A stretch of 64,000 nucleotides of DNA from Octopus vulgaris (GCA_951406725.2 OX597816.1:74276001-74340000); one strand, 5' to 3'; positions 1 to 12,535 are shown, counted from the first letter of the stretch. Notes: a model not told the origin generated them from the sequence alone. Numbers and translations are program-made.

Positions 1-54
1 CATATTTGACATATATATATATATACACATTATACACACACATATATATATATA

Positions 55-218
55 TGATGGGCTTCTTTCAGTTTCCGTCTACCAAATCCACTCACAAGTC
101 TTTGGTTGGCCCGAGGCTATTATAGAAGACACTTGCCCAAGGTGCCACACAGTGAGACTGAACCCAGAACCATGTGGTTGATAAGCAAGCTACTTACCAT
201 ACAGCCACTCCTGCGCCT
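55..218 (-). mobile_element. tRNA-derived SINE, family A (representative copy)
   Basis: Minus strand reads GGCTGTATGGTAAG...GGTTCAGTCTC (A/B-box-like), then the conserved body GGCACCTTGGGCAAGTGTCTTCTA and a (TA)n tail. Similar copies near 4130, 15540, 19325, 23382, 32050, 33000, 33355, 41260, 42920, 44830, 48625, 57020 and 61450. Confidence 0.8.
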
Positions 219-282
219 ATATATATATATTTATTTATATATATATATATTTATTTATTTATTTATATATATATATATGTAT

Positions 283-350
<68 letters not shown>

Positions 351-351
<1 letters not shown>

Positions 352-641
352 AGAGTGTTGTAGTTTGCTTGAAGCATTGTGTATTCTTTGTAAAGAATAA
401 AATGTTTTGAATAACACAACAATGCACTATAATAACAACAATGAACTATAATAACTGTTGTAATTTAATCTGATATAATATTTCGGAATATAAAAATTCC
501 TTCTTCAGATATCCATCAATTCCTAGGGATATCTGAAGAAAGAATTTTCATATTCGGAAATATCATACCAGACTATGGATGATTAAATTACAACAGTTAT
601 TATAGTCCACTGTTGTGTTATTCAAAACACATTATTCTTTA
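351..641. mobile_element. Palindromic non-autonomous element with two head-to-head hammerhead motifs
   Basis: Arms ~391-513 and ~528-641 are reverse complements. Each carries CTGAAGA-stem II-GAAA. The left arm has an extra ~40-nt tail, and the element is flanked by (TA)n/(TC)n. Confidence 0.75.
472..513 (-). ncRNA. Minimal type-I hammerhead ribozyme motif
   Basis: GATAT-CTGAAGA-A-GGAAT ttttat ATTCC-GAAA-TAT-T^ATATC: canonical core, perfect stems I and II, palindromic ATAT helix III. Confidence 0.75.
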
Positions 642-654
642 TATATATTTTTAT

Positions 655-709
<55 letters not shown>

Positions 710-790
710 ATAGGATTAGCTCGTATACGAGTAGGTATATATTTGTAAAAAATGAAGTTCGAAAATGCTGCTATATTATACAATTTTTAA

Positions 791-861
791 TTTTTATATA
801 TACATTATAACATGTTTCAGTTCCTGAAATGAACCTTATCAAAAAAAGTTATATATAAAAA
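791..861 (-). ncRNA. Hammerhead-like motif (U3-A8 variant) in PLE pLTR; inverted copy at 3901-3971 (+)
   Basis: TTGATAA-GGTTC atttcag GAACT-GAAA-CATGT-T, with palindromic ACATGT helix III and distal stem I TTTTTATATAT/ATATATAAAAA. Confidence 0.6.
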
Positions 862-1189
862 AAGACAGCTCATGCCGTCAAACACAAGAAATTCATTTAT
901 AATACACAACGGAGTCAGACATCTTAGAGTTCATGTATAGTTGATATATAGTTTGAAGTAAGTTCATTCATGCTATATGCTCAAAGTGTTCGATGCAGTG
1001 GCCCACGGTGGCGATACGTATTCAATACAAAAAACAGATCAAAGTGGTGGAAAGCAGTCAATACAGAAGATTGATGTTTCCGAAAGAGCGAGGAATTCAT
1101 TTTTACCTTAAGCAATTGTGATGACCCATGGTGGGTGTTCGCTGGGTGGTTCTAGTGAGTCTTGTGAATTGCTCGGTTTTATAATGCCT

Positions 1190-1560
1190 GTTAGGTGGTC
1201 AGTCCAGCGTAGCGTGACGTCATCAACGTTTTGACCAATCGTTTCGTTAGGTGGCTTTAGTCAAGCAGAACGGGACGTCATCATCATTTTGACCAATCGC
1301 TGTATTATAACTGCCTCTTGTCTGTTTCCTGTTTTGACCAGTCGCTTCGTTAGTCAAGCAGAACGGGACGTCATCCAGATTCTGCCCAATCACGACTTAT
1401 AGCTACATTAGATCTGCCCCTGTCTGTTCTTGTTAGGTGACTAGTCAAGCAGAAAAGGACGTCATCAATATTCTGACTAATGACTGTCCCCTGTTTGTAT
1501 CCTGTCCATTCTAGCAGAACTAGACGTCATCAACTTGTTGACCAATCAGAATCGGGTCTG
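1190..1560. repeat. Tandem array of ~5 units with GACGTCA (CRE-like) and CCAAT motifs in the PLE 3' region
   Basis: Repeated unit tcaagcagaacgggacgtcatc...tgaccaatc; probably the PLE internal promoter (inference). Confidence 0.65.
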
Positions 1561-1716
1561 ACCCTTAGCTGTATCGTATGTATCAGGGTCAGATTTGCAC
1601 GAAAGAATTTTTTTCCCTTTTTTACTAAGGTATATTTCCGTCAGTGCGAGTGTCTGTTTAAGGTAGCGGCCATGGTGGAATTTTGCTTCTCCTTTTCGGA
1701 GGACTTATCTTTTGTT

Positions 1717-2575
1717 TTAGTATTCCTGGCCCAGGGTGTTTAAACTTGGTCTAAATTTTTTTATGAAATATAGTTCTTTATTTTGGCGTTGTGTGAAGGT
1801 TGCGTTGTCACTGAATTTATAGAGCGGGTTAGTTGTAAATTTCGGATTTACATTTCCAGCACATCTATCTATGTGTCCGCTGACCGGTATTTTGCGGTAA
1901 TCAGGGTTTCTAATTTGTGATTTATGCACCGCCATCCTGTTACGTAAGCTATTTTTTGTATGGCCTATATACTGCCTATTGCAGCCTGCGCATGTTATGA
2001 CGTAAATTAAGTTTTCTGATGCGCAGGTGAAGTTTGTTCTAATGGTGAACTGGTGGCCTTGTTCCAGTATAAATTCTGATCCTTCTTTCAAGATGACACA
2101 GATTCCGCAGTTGGGCCTTCCACATTTTCTAACTGCTGGTTTTGTGGTTAATGTTGAGTGCAGTGTAGCTTGGGTTAAAATCCTTTTCAAGGATTTTGGT
2201 TGCCGTTTACTTTTAATGATGGTGTGTGTTTCGAGGATCCGGTTCATCTTTGGGTCTCCCTTTAGTAGGGCTGTGCTTTGTAGTATGGTGTTGAAGGCCT
2301 CATTGTTGAGTGGGTTGTGTGTAGAGATGTAGGGAAGGGTTTTTAATTGTTCTTTCTTTTTTGGTTTTGTTTGTCTCAGATCTTCTATACTTAATTTAAG
2401 TACCCGTTGGATTGCACTGTCTATTAGGGGCTGTGGATAGTTTCTATTTGTGAGTGTGGTTCTAAGTTCCTGGAGACGTGTGTGTCGGGTGTTTGTGTCT
2501 GATATTATGGTGCAAATCCTTCTAGCTAAACAAAAAGGGACATTCATTCTAGTGTATCGTGGGTGGCATGAATCA
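1717..2575 (-). pseudogene. PLE ORF C-terminal part: thumb, Cys linker and GIY-YIG endonuclease
   Basis: CGRPNCGIC linker; NLIYVITCAGCNRQYIGHT; KELYFIKKFRPSLN. Joined to the RT by a single 1-nt frameshift near 2585 that restores QYLPFDSCHP. Confidence 0.93.
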
Positions 2576-3561
2576 AAGGGTAAGGTACTGTTTAGAGTCT
2601 GTCGGTTTATAGTAGATATCTGTCTCTATTTTGTTGCCGGTTTTCTTAATGAGGATGTCTAAAAATGGTAATTCTTTTTCGTTGTGGTCCATCGTGAATT
2701 GTATATTGTCATTTATTCCATTTAATAGTATTTTAAATTCCTCAAGTTTCTCTATACCTTTGTCCCAGATGATGAAACAGTCATCGAGGTATCTTTTCCA
2801 GTTGTTATGGATATAGGTGGCGAAGGTGTTTCCATATTTCTCGAGTGTTATCCGGTATAGTATTTTCTCGAGGTATCCCATCACTAGGTTGGCAAAAGAT
2901 GGTGCAGTACGCGTGCCCATCGCTGTTCCCGATCTTTGCCTGTAGAAATCATTGTCAAAAATAAAATAATTGTTCTCTAAAATGAATCTAAGTCCTTCTA
3001 TTATAAGGTCTTTGTTTATGCGAGTTGGGAGTTCAAAGGGGTAGTTATTCAGCCAGAAGGTGATCGCTTCTATTCCTAGGTTGTGAGGGATGTTAGAATA
3101 AAGATTAACTACGTCGAATGATACTAGAAGGGTTTTCTCATTGACTGTTTTAGGTAGGTGGTTGAGCATATCTATATCGTCTCTTATGTAGCTTTTGATG
3201 TGTTTTAGGAAAGGTTTAAGAAGTGTGTCTAAGAAATTGCTGAGGCGGTGAGTTTCACATGCTGGCCCTGCTATTATCGGTCTTAGTTTAAGATCATTTG
3301 GTAAAGGGATTTTGATGAGTGTGTCGGTGGATGTTTTGCATGTTTCTCTAACGGTTTGGCTTTTGTGTACCTTAGGGATACCATAGAACAAACTCGATTT
3401 GCATTTGAAGTTAGTCATGTATTCATACTCCTTGTTCGTGAGTCTTTCTTGGTATGTGTTGATTAATGTCCTAAGGTTATGCATTATTTTTTGCTGGTTA
3501 TACTGTTGGGCCCTTTCATAATACGTTTCATCTCTTAATAGGGATAGCACTAAATTTTTAT
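2573..3561 (-). pseudogene. PLE reverse transcriptase (5'-truncated)
   Basis: FYGIPKVHK, LRPII, SFDVVNLYSNIP, GTAMG, RYLDD and LPFLD motifs of a Penelope-type RT. Confidence 0.95.
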
Positions 3562-4015
3562 TGACCACCTAACAGGCATTATAAAACCGAGCAATTCACA
3601 AGACTCACTAGAACCACCCAGCGAACACCCACCATGGGTCATCACAATTGCTTAAGGTAAAAATGAATTCCTCGCTCTTTCGGAAACATCAATCTTCTGT
3701 ATTGACTGCTTTCCACCACTTTGATCTGTTTTTTGTATTGAATACGTATCGCCACCGTGGGCCACTACATCGAACACTTTGAACATATAGCATGAATGAA
3801 CTTACTTCAAACTATATATCAACTATACATGAACTCTAAGATTTCTGACTCGTTGTGTATTATAAATGAATTTCTTGTGTTTGACGGCATGAGCTGTCTT
3901 TTTTTATATATAACTTTTTTTGATAAGGTTCATTTCAGGAACTGAAACATGTTATAATGTATATATAAAAATTAAAAATTGTATAATATAGCAGCATTTT
4001 CGAACTTCATTTTTT

Positions 4016-4067
<52 letters not shown>

Positions 4068-4759
4068 TATATATACATACACATATATATATATATATAT
4101 ATAGATAGATAGATAGATATATGTATACAATGAGCTACTTTCACTTTCTTTCTACCAAATCCACTCATAAGGCTTTGGTCGGCCTGAGGCTATAGCAGAA
4201 GACACCTGCCCAAGGTGCTCTATAGTAGGACTGAACCCCTTACCACACATCATTATTTAAAATCCATTTTTGCATGACACACAGCAGGGTTGAGGTAGGA
4301 TTTCCACTCCAAACTTGTAAAACCCACACCAACAAGCACAATCCTAACAGACCCATGGGTGGGAGGGTTGCCACCTGAGTGGTGCAAAAGTGTCGTTGGC
4401 CAGGAGTAGCAGGGAATCACCAGCAATTGGTGGATACTGCAACACACTGTTACAGAGCAAGACCCCATACTAATACAACTACATTTGTCAATGCTGGCAT
4501 AGGTTCAATGCCAGCATGAGTGAATCCAGCAAGCTCCAGGGCCATGTCAATCACCAGGGTCAACTGTTTCCTGGATGTCCTTCCTAACAGCAACTACTTT
4601 ATCTTGTCTGAGTTCCAGTTCCAACCTCTGCATTTTATTTCATCACCGATTCTGTCGGTGCCAATTGTTGTTTCAATTGTGTCACTTCAAACTTTTTGCT
4701 GCCACTTGATATCAAATATTCTCAAGCATGGGAAGCTGGCCATTGTTTTTTCTTCCTTT

Positions 4760-5250
4760 TTTGTCACTTTTCCGCTTTCACATCCATTGAATAATATAGG
4801 TCAGACCAATTTCTTGAACAGCTTCAGCTTCATTTTGCAGCCTCTTCCATGGCTTCTCCACACCATTCTTAGATTGTAGAATGTTCTCTGAACTTTGGAT
4901 ATTCCGTTCTTTATATCTTCCCTTTCCCTCATTCTTTCTTGACTGTCATCCCAAGGTAAACAAATTCTTCGATGTCTTCCACTTCATTGTTGCCGATTCT
5001 TACACAATCTTGCTGTCTGGCATTATTCCTTAGTGTTTTTCATTCTTCTGGGTTGAGTTTAAGGCTAATTCTGTCCACGTTCTCTGCCAGTCTGTGTGTC
5101 TTGCTATAAATGTGTTTGTAGGTGGATGATAGCAATGCCATGTCTTCCACAAAGTTGAGATCTTTGAACATGCTCGTCAGGTTCCATCTAAAGCCATTCA
5201 TAGGCCTTTCGGTTGTTTTTTTGCATAACCCAGTCTGTTGCCATGAGAAA
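4760..5250 (-). mobile_element. Degenerate RTE-type LINE RT fragment
   Basis: DLNFVEDMALLS...KTHRL...LKLN resembles the LDFADDIALLS region; interrupted by stops and frameshifts. Confidence 0.65.
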
Positions 5251-6114
5251 CAGGAAGACTGATATAATACAGCCATGCTTGACTCCAGTTGTAACCTTAA
5301 AACCTGCTTGTCTTTAGTGGGTACTGGTGGCTTTTTCATGCCACTGACAAGAGTGAGGTCAGCATCTAACTTGCAAGACAAGAAAAAAAGTATAAGAAAA
5401 AAGTATAAGGAAAAAGTATGAGAAAGGAAACCCTCTTTTACTGTAAGTCAGTAATTAAAACTTGAAACATTTAGCTCCAAATGTTAAGACTCTAAACGTA
5501 TAAATATGAGAAGAAGCATATTTGACTGTTGTTTTAGCAGTGTCAATACTCTTACACAACAGATTCCTTCATTGACTTTGGTGACGTTATACTGGAAAGG
5601 TCAGCTGGTGTGAAGTCATGACACATCCACTTTACCTTCAACACTGATGTAGACACAATACACTTCTCACTTTTTACCAAATATTAATACAAACAGAGCG
5701 TATAACATCATTGCACTTGTCTCTACAACTGAGGGAACATCTGGGTGGTCTGTAAATATGCTGGAAACAGCAGCCAGATCTCCATTAAGTTACATCCTAC
5801 TGTCCTAAATAAAGACAACACACAATGGATATTATAGTCCTACTTAATCTAAAAAGATGGTGTTCATGGCTGGATTGTCTCTAGAGCTGAACTGGGTTAA
5901 ACTACAACAATTACTTAGAGTGATAGGTCAATTCCACTTCCTAGAATTGCAGAAATGATTTTAAGGAAGTCAAAGTGGAATCAAGAACCAAGATAATGGT
6001 GCAACATTGAAAGATCTTCTCCCAACTCGTGACTCTACATCATCAACCGAGAATAATCACAACAGCAAACGTTAAGAGTCCTGAGCACACAGATATGTCT
6101 GTACTCTATTGAAT

Positions 6115-6665
6115 CATCATCGTCATCATCATTTAACATCCATTGTTCATGATGGCATGGGTTGGATGGTTTGACCTGGGATAGCAAGCTGGAAGGTTGC
6201 GCCAGACTCCAGTCTGATTTGGCATAGTTTTCTATGTCTGGATGACCTTCCTAATGCCAACCACTCTGAGAGTGTAATGGGTGCTTATATGTGCCACCGG
6301 CACAGTTGCCTGTTTGCATGACACCAGTAGCTTCCATGACTGTGATTTTGCTTGGATTGATGGGTCTTCTTCTCAAGCATGACATAATGCCAAAGGTCTC
6401 AGTCATTGACTCCGTGGGGCCCAACACTTGTAAGGAACTCAGCCACTTTGCCTCCACGAGGCCCAACACTTGAAAGGAATTCAGCCACTTTGCTTCCATG
6501 AGGCCCAATGCTTGAAAGGAACTCAGCCACTTTGCCTCCGTGAGGCCCAATGCTTGAAAAGGTGTTCTTTATGTATCACCATCATGGGTGTACTTGGCTT
6601 GATGAGTCCTCTCAAACACAGCACATTACCAAAGGTCTGTCACCAGTCATTGCCCCTGTGAGGCT
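6115..6665 (-). mobile_element. RTE-derived 3'-end retroposon with (ATG)n tail (representative copy)
   Basis: (CAT)n-TTTAAC..CCATGCTGGCATGGGTTGG... body with internal ~38-nt tandem units. About 20 relatives in the window, e.g. 6902, 9250, 11157, 19715, 27070, 31135, 35218, 39665, 41957, 44385, 51397, 53043, 57631. Confidence 0.75.
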
Positions 6666-7187
6666 CAATCAGTTTAACAAATTTATCTTTTGATGCAGAA
6701 TCATAGTTCATCTCTTAAACATGGTTCTGGGTTCATTCCACTGCATGGCATCTTGACCAAGTGTTTTCTAGGCCTGACCAGAAGCCCATTGTATATATAT
6801 TTATGTGTGTGTGTCTGTCGATCCCCATCACTACTTGACAACCAGTGTTAGTTTCATTGATTGTGTTATGTTCAGGAAGTTGGGCCACAACACACCAGTT
6901 ACATCATCATCATTTAACGTCTGTTGTCCATTGTCCATGCTGGCATGGGTTGGATGGTTTGACAGGAACTAGCAAGGCCAGGGCCCACGCCATGTTTTCT
7001 AGTCTGTTTTGGCTTGATTTCTACAGCAGGATGCCCTTCCTAACACTGACCACTTTAAAGAGTGTGCTGGGTGCTTTTTATGCGACACCATCACCTGTGC
7101 TTTTTACGTGGTACTGGCACCAATACTTTCTTATGTGGTACTTCGGTTTTAGAATATCAGTTCTGTTGTGGGCAGAAATTGGCACTT

Positions 7188-7495
7188 TGTCAGCTTTGAT
7201 GACAAGGGTTCCGGTTGAACAAATCAGCGGAACAGCCTGCTCGTGAAATTAACTTACAAACGGCTGAGTGCTCCACAGACATGCTTACCCTTAACATAGT
7301 TCTCAGCATGACACAGGACTGTAACAAGGCCAGCCCCTTTGAATTACAGGTATGACTTAGTTTTGCCAGCTGAGTAAATTGGAGCAATGTGAAATAAAGA
7401 GTCTTGCTCAAGGACACAACCTCCCGCCAGGAATCGAACACACAACCTTACGGTCATGAGCCAAATACCCTAACCACTAAACTATGTGCCTTCAC
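7188..7495 (-). mobile_element. tRNA-derived SINE, family C (representative copy)
   Basis: TAGTGGTTAGGG...GTTCGATTCC head followed by a GTGTCCTTGAGCAAGAC conserved core. Relatives at 9555-9850, 23513-23810 and near 63900. Confidence 0.75.
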
Positions 7496-7740
7496 TAAGG
7501 ACAAAGAGACACAAACATACACACAGACATAGATATAATGCTGTGCCATAACATACACATACTGCGAGGTGGCGAGCTGGCAGAAACATTAGCACACCGG
7601 GCGAAATGCTTAGCGGTACTTCGTCTGTCTTCATGTTCTGAGTTCAAAATCCATCAAGGTCAACTTTGCTTTTCATCCTTTCGGGGTCTATAAATTAAGT
7701 ACCAGTTGCATACTGAGTTGTTCGTCGAGGAGGCGGGTGC

Positions 7741-7800
7741 CTACTACATGTTGATAATAGGCAATACACCTTGAAACCTAGGTCCGTGTGTGGTTTCCGC
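7741..7800 (+). ncRNA. Hammerhead-like motif (U3-A8 variant) with extended stem I
   Basis: ACATG-TTGATAA-tAGG caataca CCTt-GAAA-CCTAGG-TC^CGTGT: palindromic ACCTAGGT helix III and a GUC cleavage triplet. Confidence 0.65.
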
Positions 7801-8005
7801 TTCATCGGGGAATTATCTCCCTTTGCAGGATAGAGGACGCCGTGATGGTGTCAAGCCTATCTGGCGACGTTGATGTTCGCCTGGGGCTAAATGCAACAGT
7901 AACACCCCCACCACCCTGCCCTGTCCCTAGCCATATTCAGATGGCTTTAGTCCCTTATGTTATGGAGCAGTTACTGTCTATATCTCATTTAGAGAATTAT
8001 TATTG

Positions 8006-8039
<34 letters not shown>

Positions 8040-8714
8040 TTTCAGGTCTAGATTCATATCACACGCTACACACACACTTTTTTGTCCTGAACCATACAAA
8101 TGTTACTCGACATGTAGTTTGTTAGATTTTTCTCTTCTACATTGTTACATTAGTCAATGTCTAAGTGTACCTAATATAGGTTCATGTTTTATACATAATT
8201 GTTCATTGGTTCTGCACATGTTTCAGACTTCACACACACACACACAAACACCTACACCCACACAAAGAAGTTTGTGGTGAAGTTTCATATATGCAGTCAA
8301 ATGTCTCAGCTGTTTTATTCATAAACTTTCATGTTAAAATATACTCACACACACACACACATACACACACACAAACATACACACTCACAGACACACATAT
8401 GTGTAGTGTGTTGTCCCACTTAACTCACTGAGTTGTATACATACTGCTTGTTGAAACACTATACACACACCCTTATATGTGGGTGTGCATGTGTGTATAA
8501 ATAAATAGATAAATAAATAAATAGATAAATATATATATATATACATACACACACACACATTCTAAGCCTGAACAAGCTGGGTTTCAGTTAAAAGCTTGCA
8601 AAACTTGAAGTTGCTTTGGATCTGAAACAAACTGCTTTAAACAACAATACATGTAACTATGACTGTTTGTTTTGTTTGTCCAGACACTCGTGTGTGTGTG
8701 TGTGTTTATTAAAG

Positions 8715-8759
<45 letters not shown>

Positions 8760-10410
8760 GCCCACAGAACAAGCTTGTACATCCAGTAGACAAACACACA
8801 CATATAAAGAGAGAGAGAAGACAAGAGAGGAAGTGATAGACAGACTGACAGACAGTATGTTGTATCACAGAGTGGTTATACACACAGAGCCTGTGGAACC
8901 ACTACACACGCACACAGTTTGTTTAATGCTCTCATTAACACTAATCACTCAACTATAAATGAATTGAAATATTTCCTATTTTCAGCCAGTTTTTACTAAG
9001 GTAGACAGATTAATATCTTTTAATGAGAAGCAAATCCTAAATATCTGAGCCTGTCATTGCTCTAATGACATACATTCAGTAATTCAGAATTTTATATTTC
9101 TTAACCCTTGTAGAATTTACTAGAAATAAATAACAGTCATGTCTCCCCTTTTAACCCCTGAAGGTTTACTACAATAAAAATGGCAACATATCGTCATTGT
9201 CATCGTCGTTGTCGTTGTCGTCGTCGTCATCATCATCATCATTACCACTGTCATCATTTAATGCCAATTTTCCATGCTGGCATGAGTTGGGCAGTTTGAT
9301 AGGACCCAGCAAACCACAGGAGTGCATCAAGCCCCTGGGATGCAGCAAGCTGCCGTGACTTGCATCAAGCCTCAATGTCTGCTTTGCCATGGTTTCTACA
9401 GCTGGATGCCTTTCCTAATACTGACCACTTCACAGAGGGGACTGGTTGCTCTTGTCTTGCCACTGGCACCAGTAACATTGGCTCCCTCATCTACATTTCA
9501 CACCCTGATGTCAGATGATGTTGGCATTGGGTCAGTATAAAAACGTTATGCAAAGGCACATGGCACAGTGGCTGGGCATGTTGCACTCACAATCTCTAGG
9601 TCACGAGTTCAATTCCCAGACTGGCTGTGCATTGTGTTCTTGAGCAAAACACTTCATTTCACATTGCTCCAGTCCACTCAGCTGTAAATGGGTAACACTG
9701 CAAGAACCAACTTTCCAACCAGGGGAGAACGTTGGCCTGCTCACCTAGCCAGTGGGGTGGCATCATTTGAAAGCTAAAACAACGCAAAGTGCATTGTGAC
9801 CAGCTATGTTTAGCAACATCCAATAGTCTGGTCGATCACATGATCATGTGATAAAAATATGAAACAAAAAGTATTGTTCAGATACATGGCCCAGTGGTTT
9901 ATTATTGTATAAGATCATGGGTTCAGTTCCAGGACCAGGCAGTACATTGTATCCTAATCAAGGCTCTTCACTTCACATTGCATGTCTACTCATGCGACAT
10001 GAGTACCAGGTGAGTTCTGGTACAAGCCTCTCACTCCCTCCCTCTCTCTTTCTCTCCCCTCTCTTTCTCCAGCTGTGACTTCATGGATGTTGAACTGGGT
10101 GAAGACAGAGAGGACCAATTTGATGTCTATGTTCGCTTGTGACTGCATGGCAACCTCAAAACAATTAGTGGAAGTTCCTTCAGTCCTTGGTGACAGCTGT
10201 AATTATTTCGTTCTTACTTTTATTTAAATGAAAATATACCCTCAAAGATGACAATAACAGTCATTACAAGGTTGGTCAGATATGTTTTATAAATCAATAT
10301 AAAAATTATAAAAATATAGAAGCAACAGGAGCTAGAAAAGAATTATATTTTTTAGCTCTTCGTCAACCATAACAAACAATATATACATACATACATACAT
10401 ACATATATAA

Positions 10411-11040
10411 AATAAATATAGAGATATTCTAATTGACAAGTCAATAAATTATTTATATTACAATATTACATTAAATACTATTAATATGATATATAACATA
10501 ACATAATATTATATGAAAAATTATAAAAACCGTAAAAGGCTAACAAACTGTTTCGACTTATATATATATATATCCGATATACATAATCACAGTTCCATTA
10601 TATATAAATCACTTCAGGGTCCTTGGTTCAGAAAGATGAAATTCCATGTGAAAGGACAGCTGGATTGTAAAAATTAATTCAAATGTTAGTGTTATGAGTG
10701 TGATTATGTATATTGGAGAAAAAAAATATATACATATATTTTCTGTAGAAGAGCATAGGCTCGAAACGTAAAAGACTTTTTCAATTCCTGAGCGTTATAC
10801 TAATACATCTGTTTGTTTTCTACACCACCTGCCTTTGTCTTTTGTTTTTTTCGTGAATTCTCCCTATATATGTATGTATGTATGTATGTATGTAAGTCGA
10901 AACAATTTGTTGGCCTTTTATGGTTGTTATAATTATTCATATAATATTATGTTATGTTATATATCATATTCATAGTATTTAATGTAATATTGTAATATGA
11001 ATAAATTACTGGATTGTCAATATTATATCTCTATACTTTA
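10411..11040. mobile_element. AT-rich inverted-repeat element with nested inserts
   Basis: 10411-10560 is the reverse complement of 10893-11040. Another copy (12636-12662 plus 14815-14916) is split by an RTE insertion. Confidence 0.7.
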
Positions 11041-11404
11041 TCTTTGTAATTGCATTATACCAATATTTATATGGTATCCAACTGAAGTACCAGTGAATTG
11101 GATGTTTAACACACCCCTTTGAAGGGTCTCTTTTCCTCAGTTTGTTACTTTATATATCATCATCATCATCATCATCATCGTTTAGCGTCCGCTTTCCATG
11201 CTAGCATGGGTTGGACGGTTCAACTGGGGTCTGGGAAGCCAGAAGGCTGCACCAGGCCCAGTTTGATCTGGCAATGTTTCTACGGCTGGATGCCCTTCCT
11301 AATGCCAACCACTCCATATATATATAAATAGATGAGAGACAAATATTCTCTGTATAGAAGATACTTTGTCGTTCTCAAGAGATTTAAACTTGAACAGGTA
11401 GAGA

Positions 11405-11912
11405 AGTAAATGTAAGGATAGGCAAGTTAGGCAGGTTGCTATACAAAAAATATTCTTTTCTACTCTAGGCACAAGGCCTGAAATTTTGGGGGAGAGGCTA
11501 GTCGATTAGATCAACCCCAGTATGCAACTGGTACTTAATTTATTGACCCTGAAAGGATGAAAGGCAAAGTCGACCTTGATGGAGCTCAGAACGTAAAGAC
11601 AGACAAAATACCACTAAGCATTTTGCCCGGCATGCTAACATTTCTGCCAGAAAAATATTAAATACATTTAATACAAAAAAATGTACATATGCTTACATAT
11701 AAAAAGGTCTGACTTACAAAGAATAGAAGTGTTATCAGGAATTAAAGGGGTCGAGTAAGGGTTTTACAGGTTTTACCCCTTTAATTCCTGAAATTTCTAC
11801 TCTGTGTAAGTTGGACCGTTTTATATGTAAACATATGAACATTTTTTATATTAAGTGTATTTAATATTTTTGTATACCAACTTGCCTGACTAGCTTATCC
11901 TTACATCTACTC
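11405..11912. mobile_element. Palindromic foldback element interrupted by a family-B SINE
   Basis: Arms are reverse-complementary around a centre at ~11760. The SINE at 11455-11650 is flanked by TSD AAAAATATT. Confidence 0.75.
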
Positions 11913-12267
11913 ATATATATATATATATATATATCATCATTTAGCATCTGCTTTCCATGTTGGCATGGATTGGACGGTTTGACAGGAACTGGTAAGCTAG
12001 GGAGCTGCACTAGGCCCCCATCTGATTTGGCATGGTTTTATTGGCTGGATGCCCTTCCTAATGCCAGATAAATATATATATATGCACATATATGCAGCGC
12101 TATGCGTGTGGCAAGTTTTCTATTGGAACAGAACAGTTGATAACTGGAAAGAATAAAACACACATCCTTATTTCATATAAAAATACACATACATTGTAAC
12201 ACTTGCACCCATCCACACCCACATACACACACACACATGCACAAACACACACAAAGCACAGAGACTG

Positions 12268-12535
12268 TCACTGGTCAGAGGAGATCTTTTCTGAAAAAAG
12301 AGATTCCTTTTCATCACTGTCATAGAGTTTAGCTGTAGACTGGGCCATATTCTCGGCTACCAAAGAGAAAGGAATGCCTGCTTCGGTTGATGCATGATCT
12401 GAGACTGAATCCAAGGCAGATATAGTTTGGCGCAGTTGTTCATAGTTCCACTGCATCTGTTGGACTTCTCCCTGGTGGCGTTGCTTATTTTCTTCAACTT
12501 CTTGTAGAAGATGATTATTGGTTTGAATCAGGGAC
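12268..12535 (-). CDS. CEP72: CEP72/LRRC36-family terminal coding exon
   Basis: tacag|G acceptor. SLIQTNNHLLQEVEENKQRHQGEVQQMQWNYEQLRQT matches the recalled CEP72 C-terminal coiled coil (SLVSTNEHLLQEL...EVEQMHWSYQELKKT). Ends in TGA. Confidence 0.9.

Larger units (their letters stand above)
711..4019 (-). mobile_element. Penelope-like retroelement, 5'-truncated, with inverted pLTR
   Basis: RT plus GIY-YIG ORF. Region 742-1201 is repeated inverted and near-identical at 3562-4019. A ~30-nt tail (711-741) is present only at the 3' pLTR. (TA)n flanks on both sides. Confidence 0.95.
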
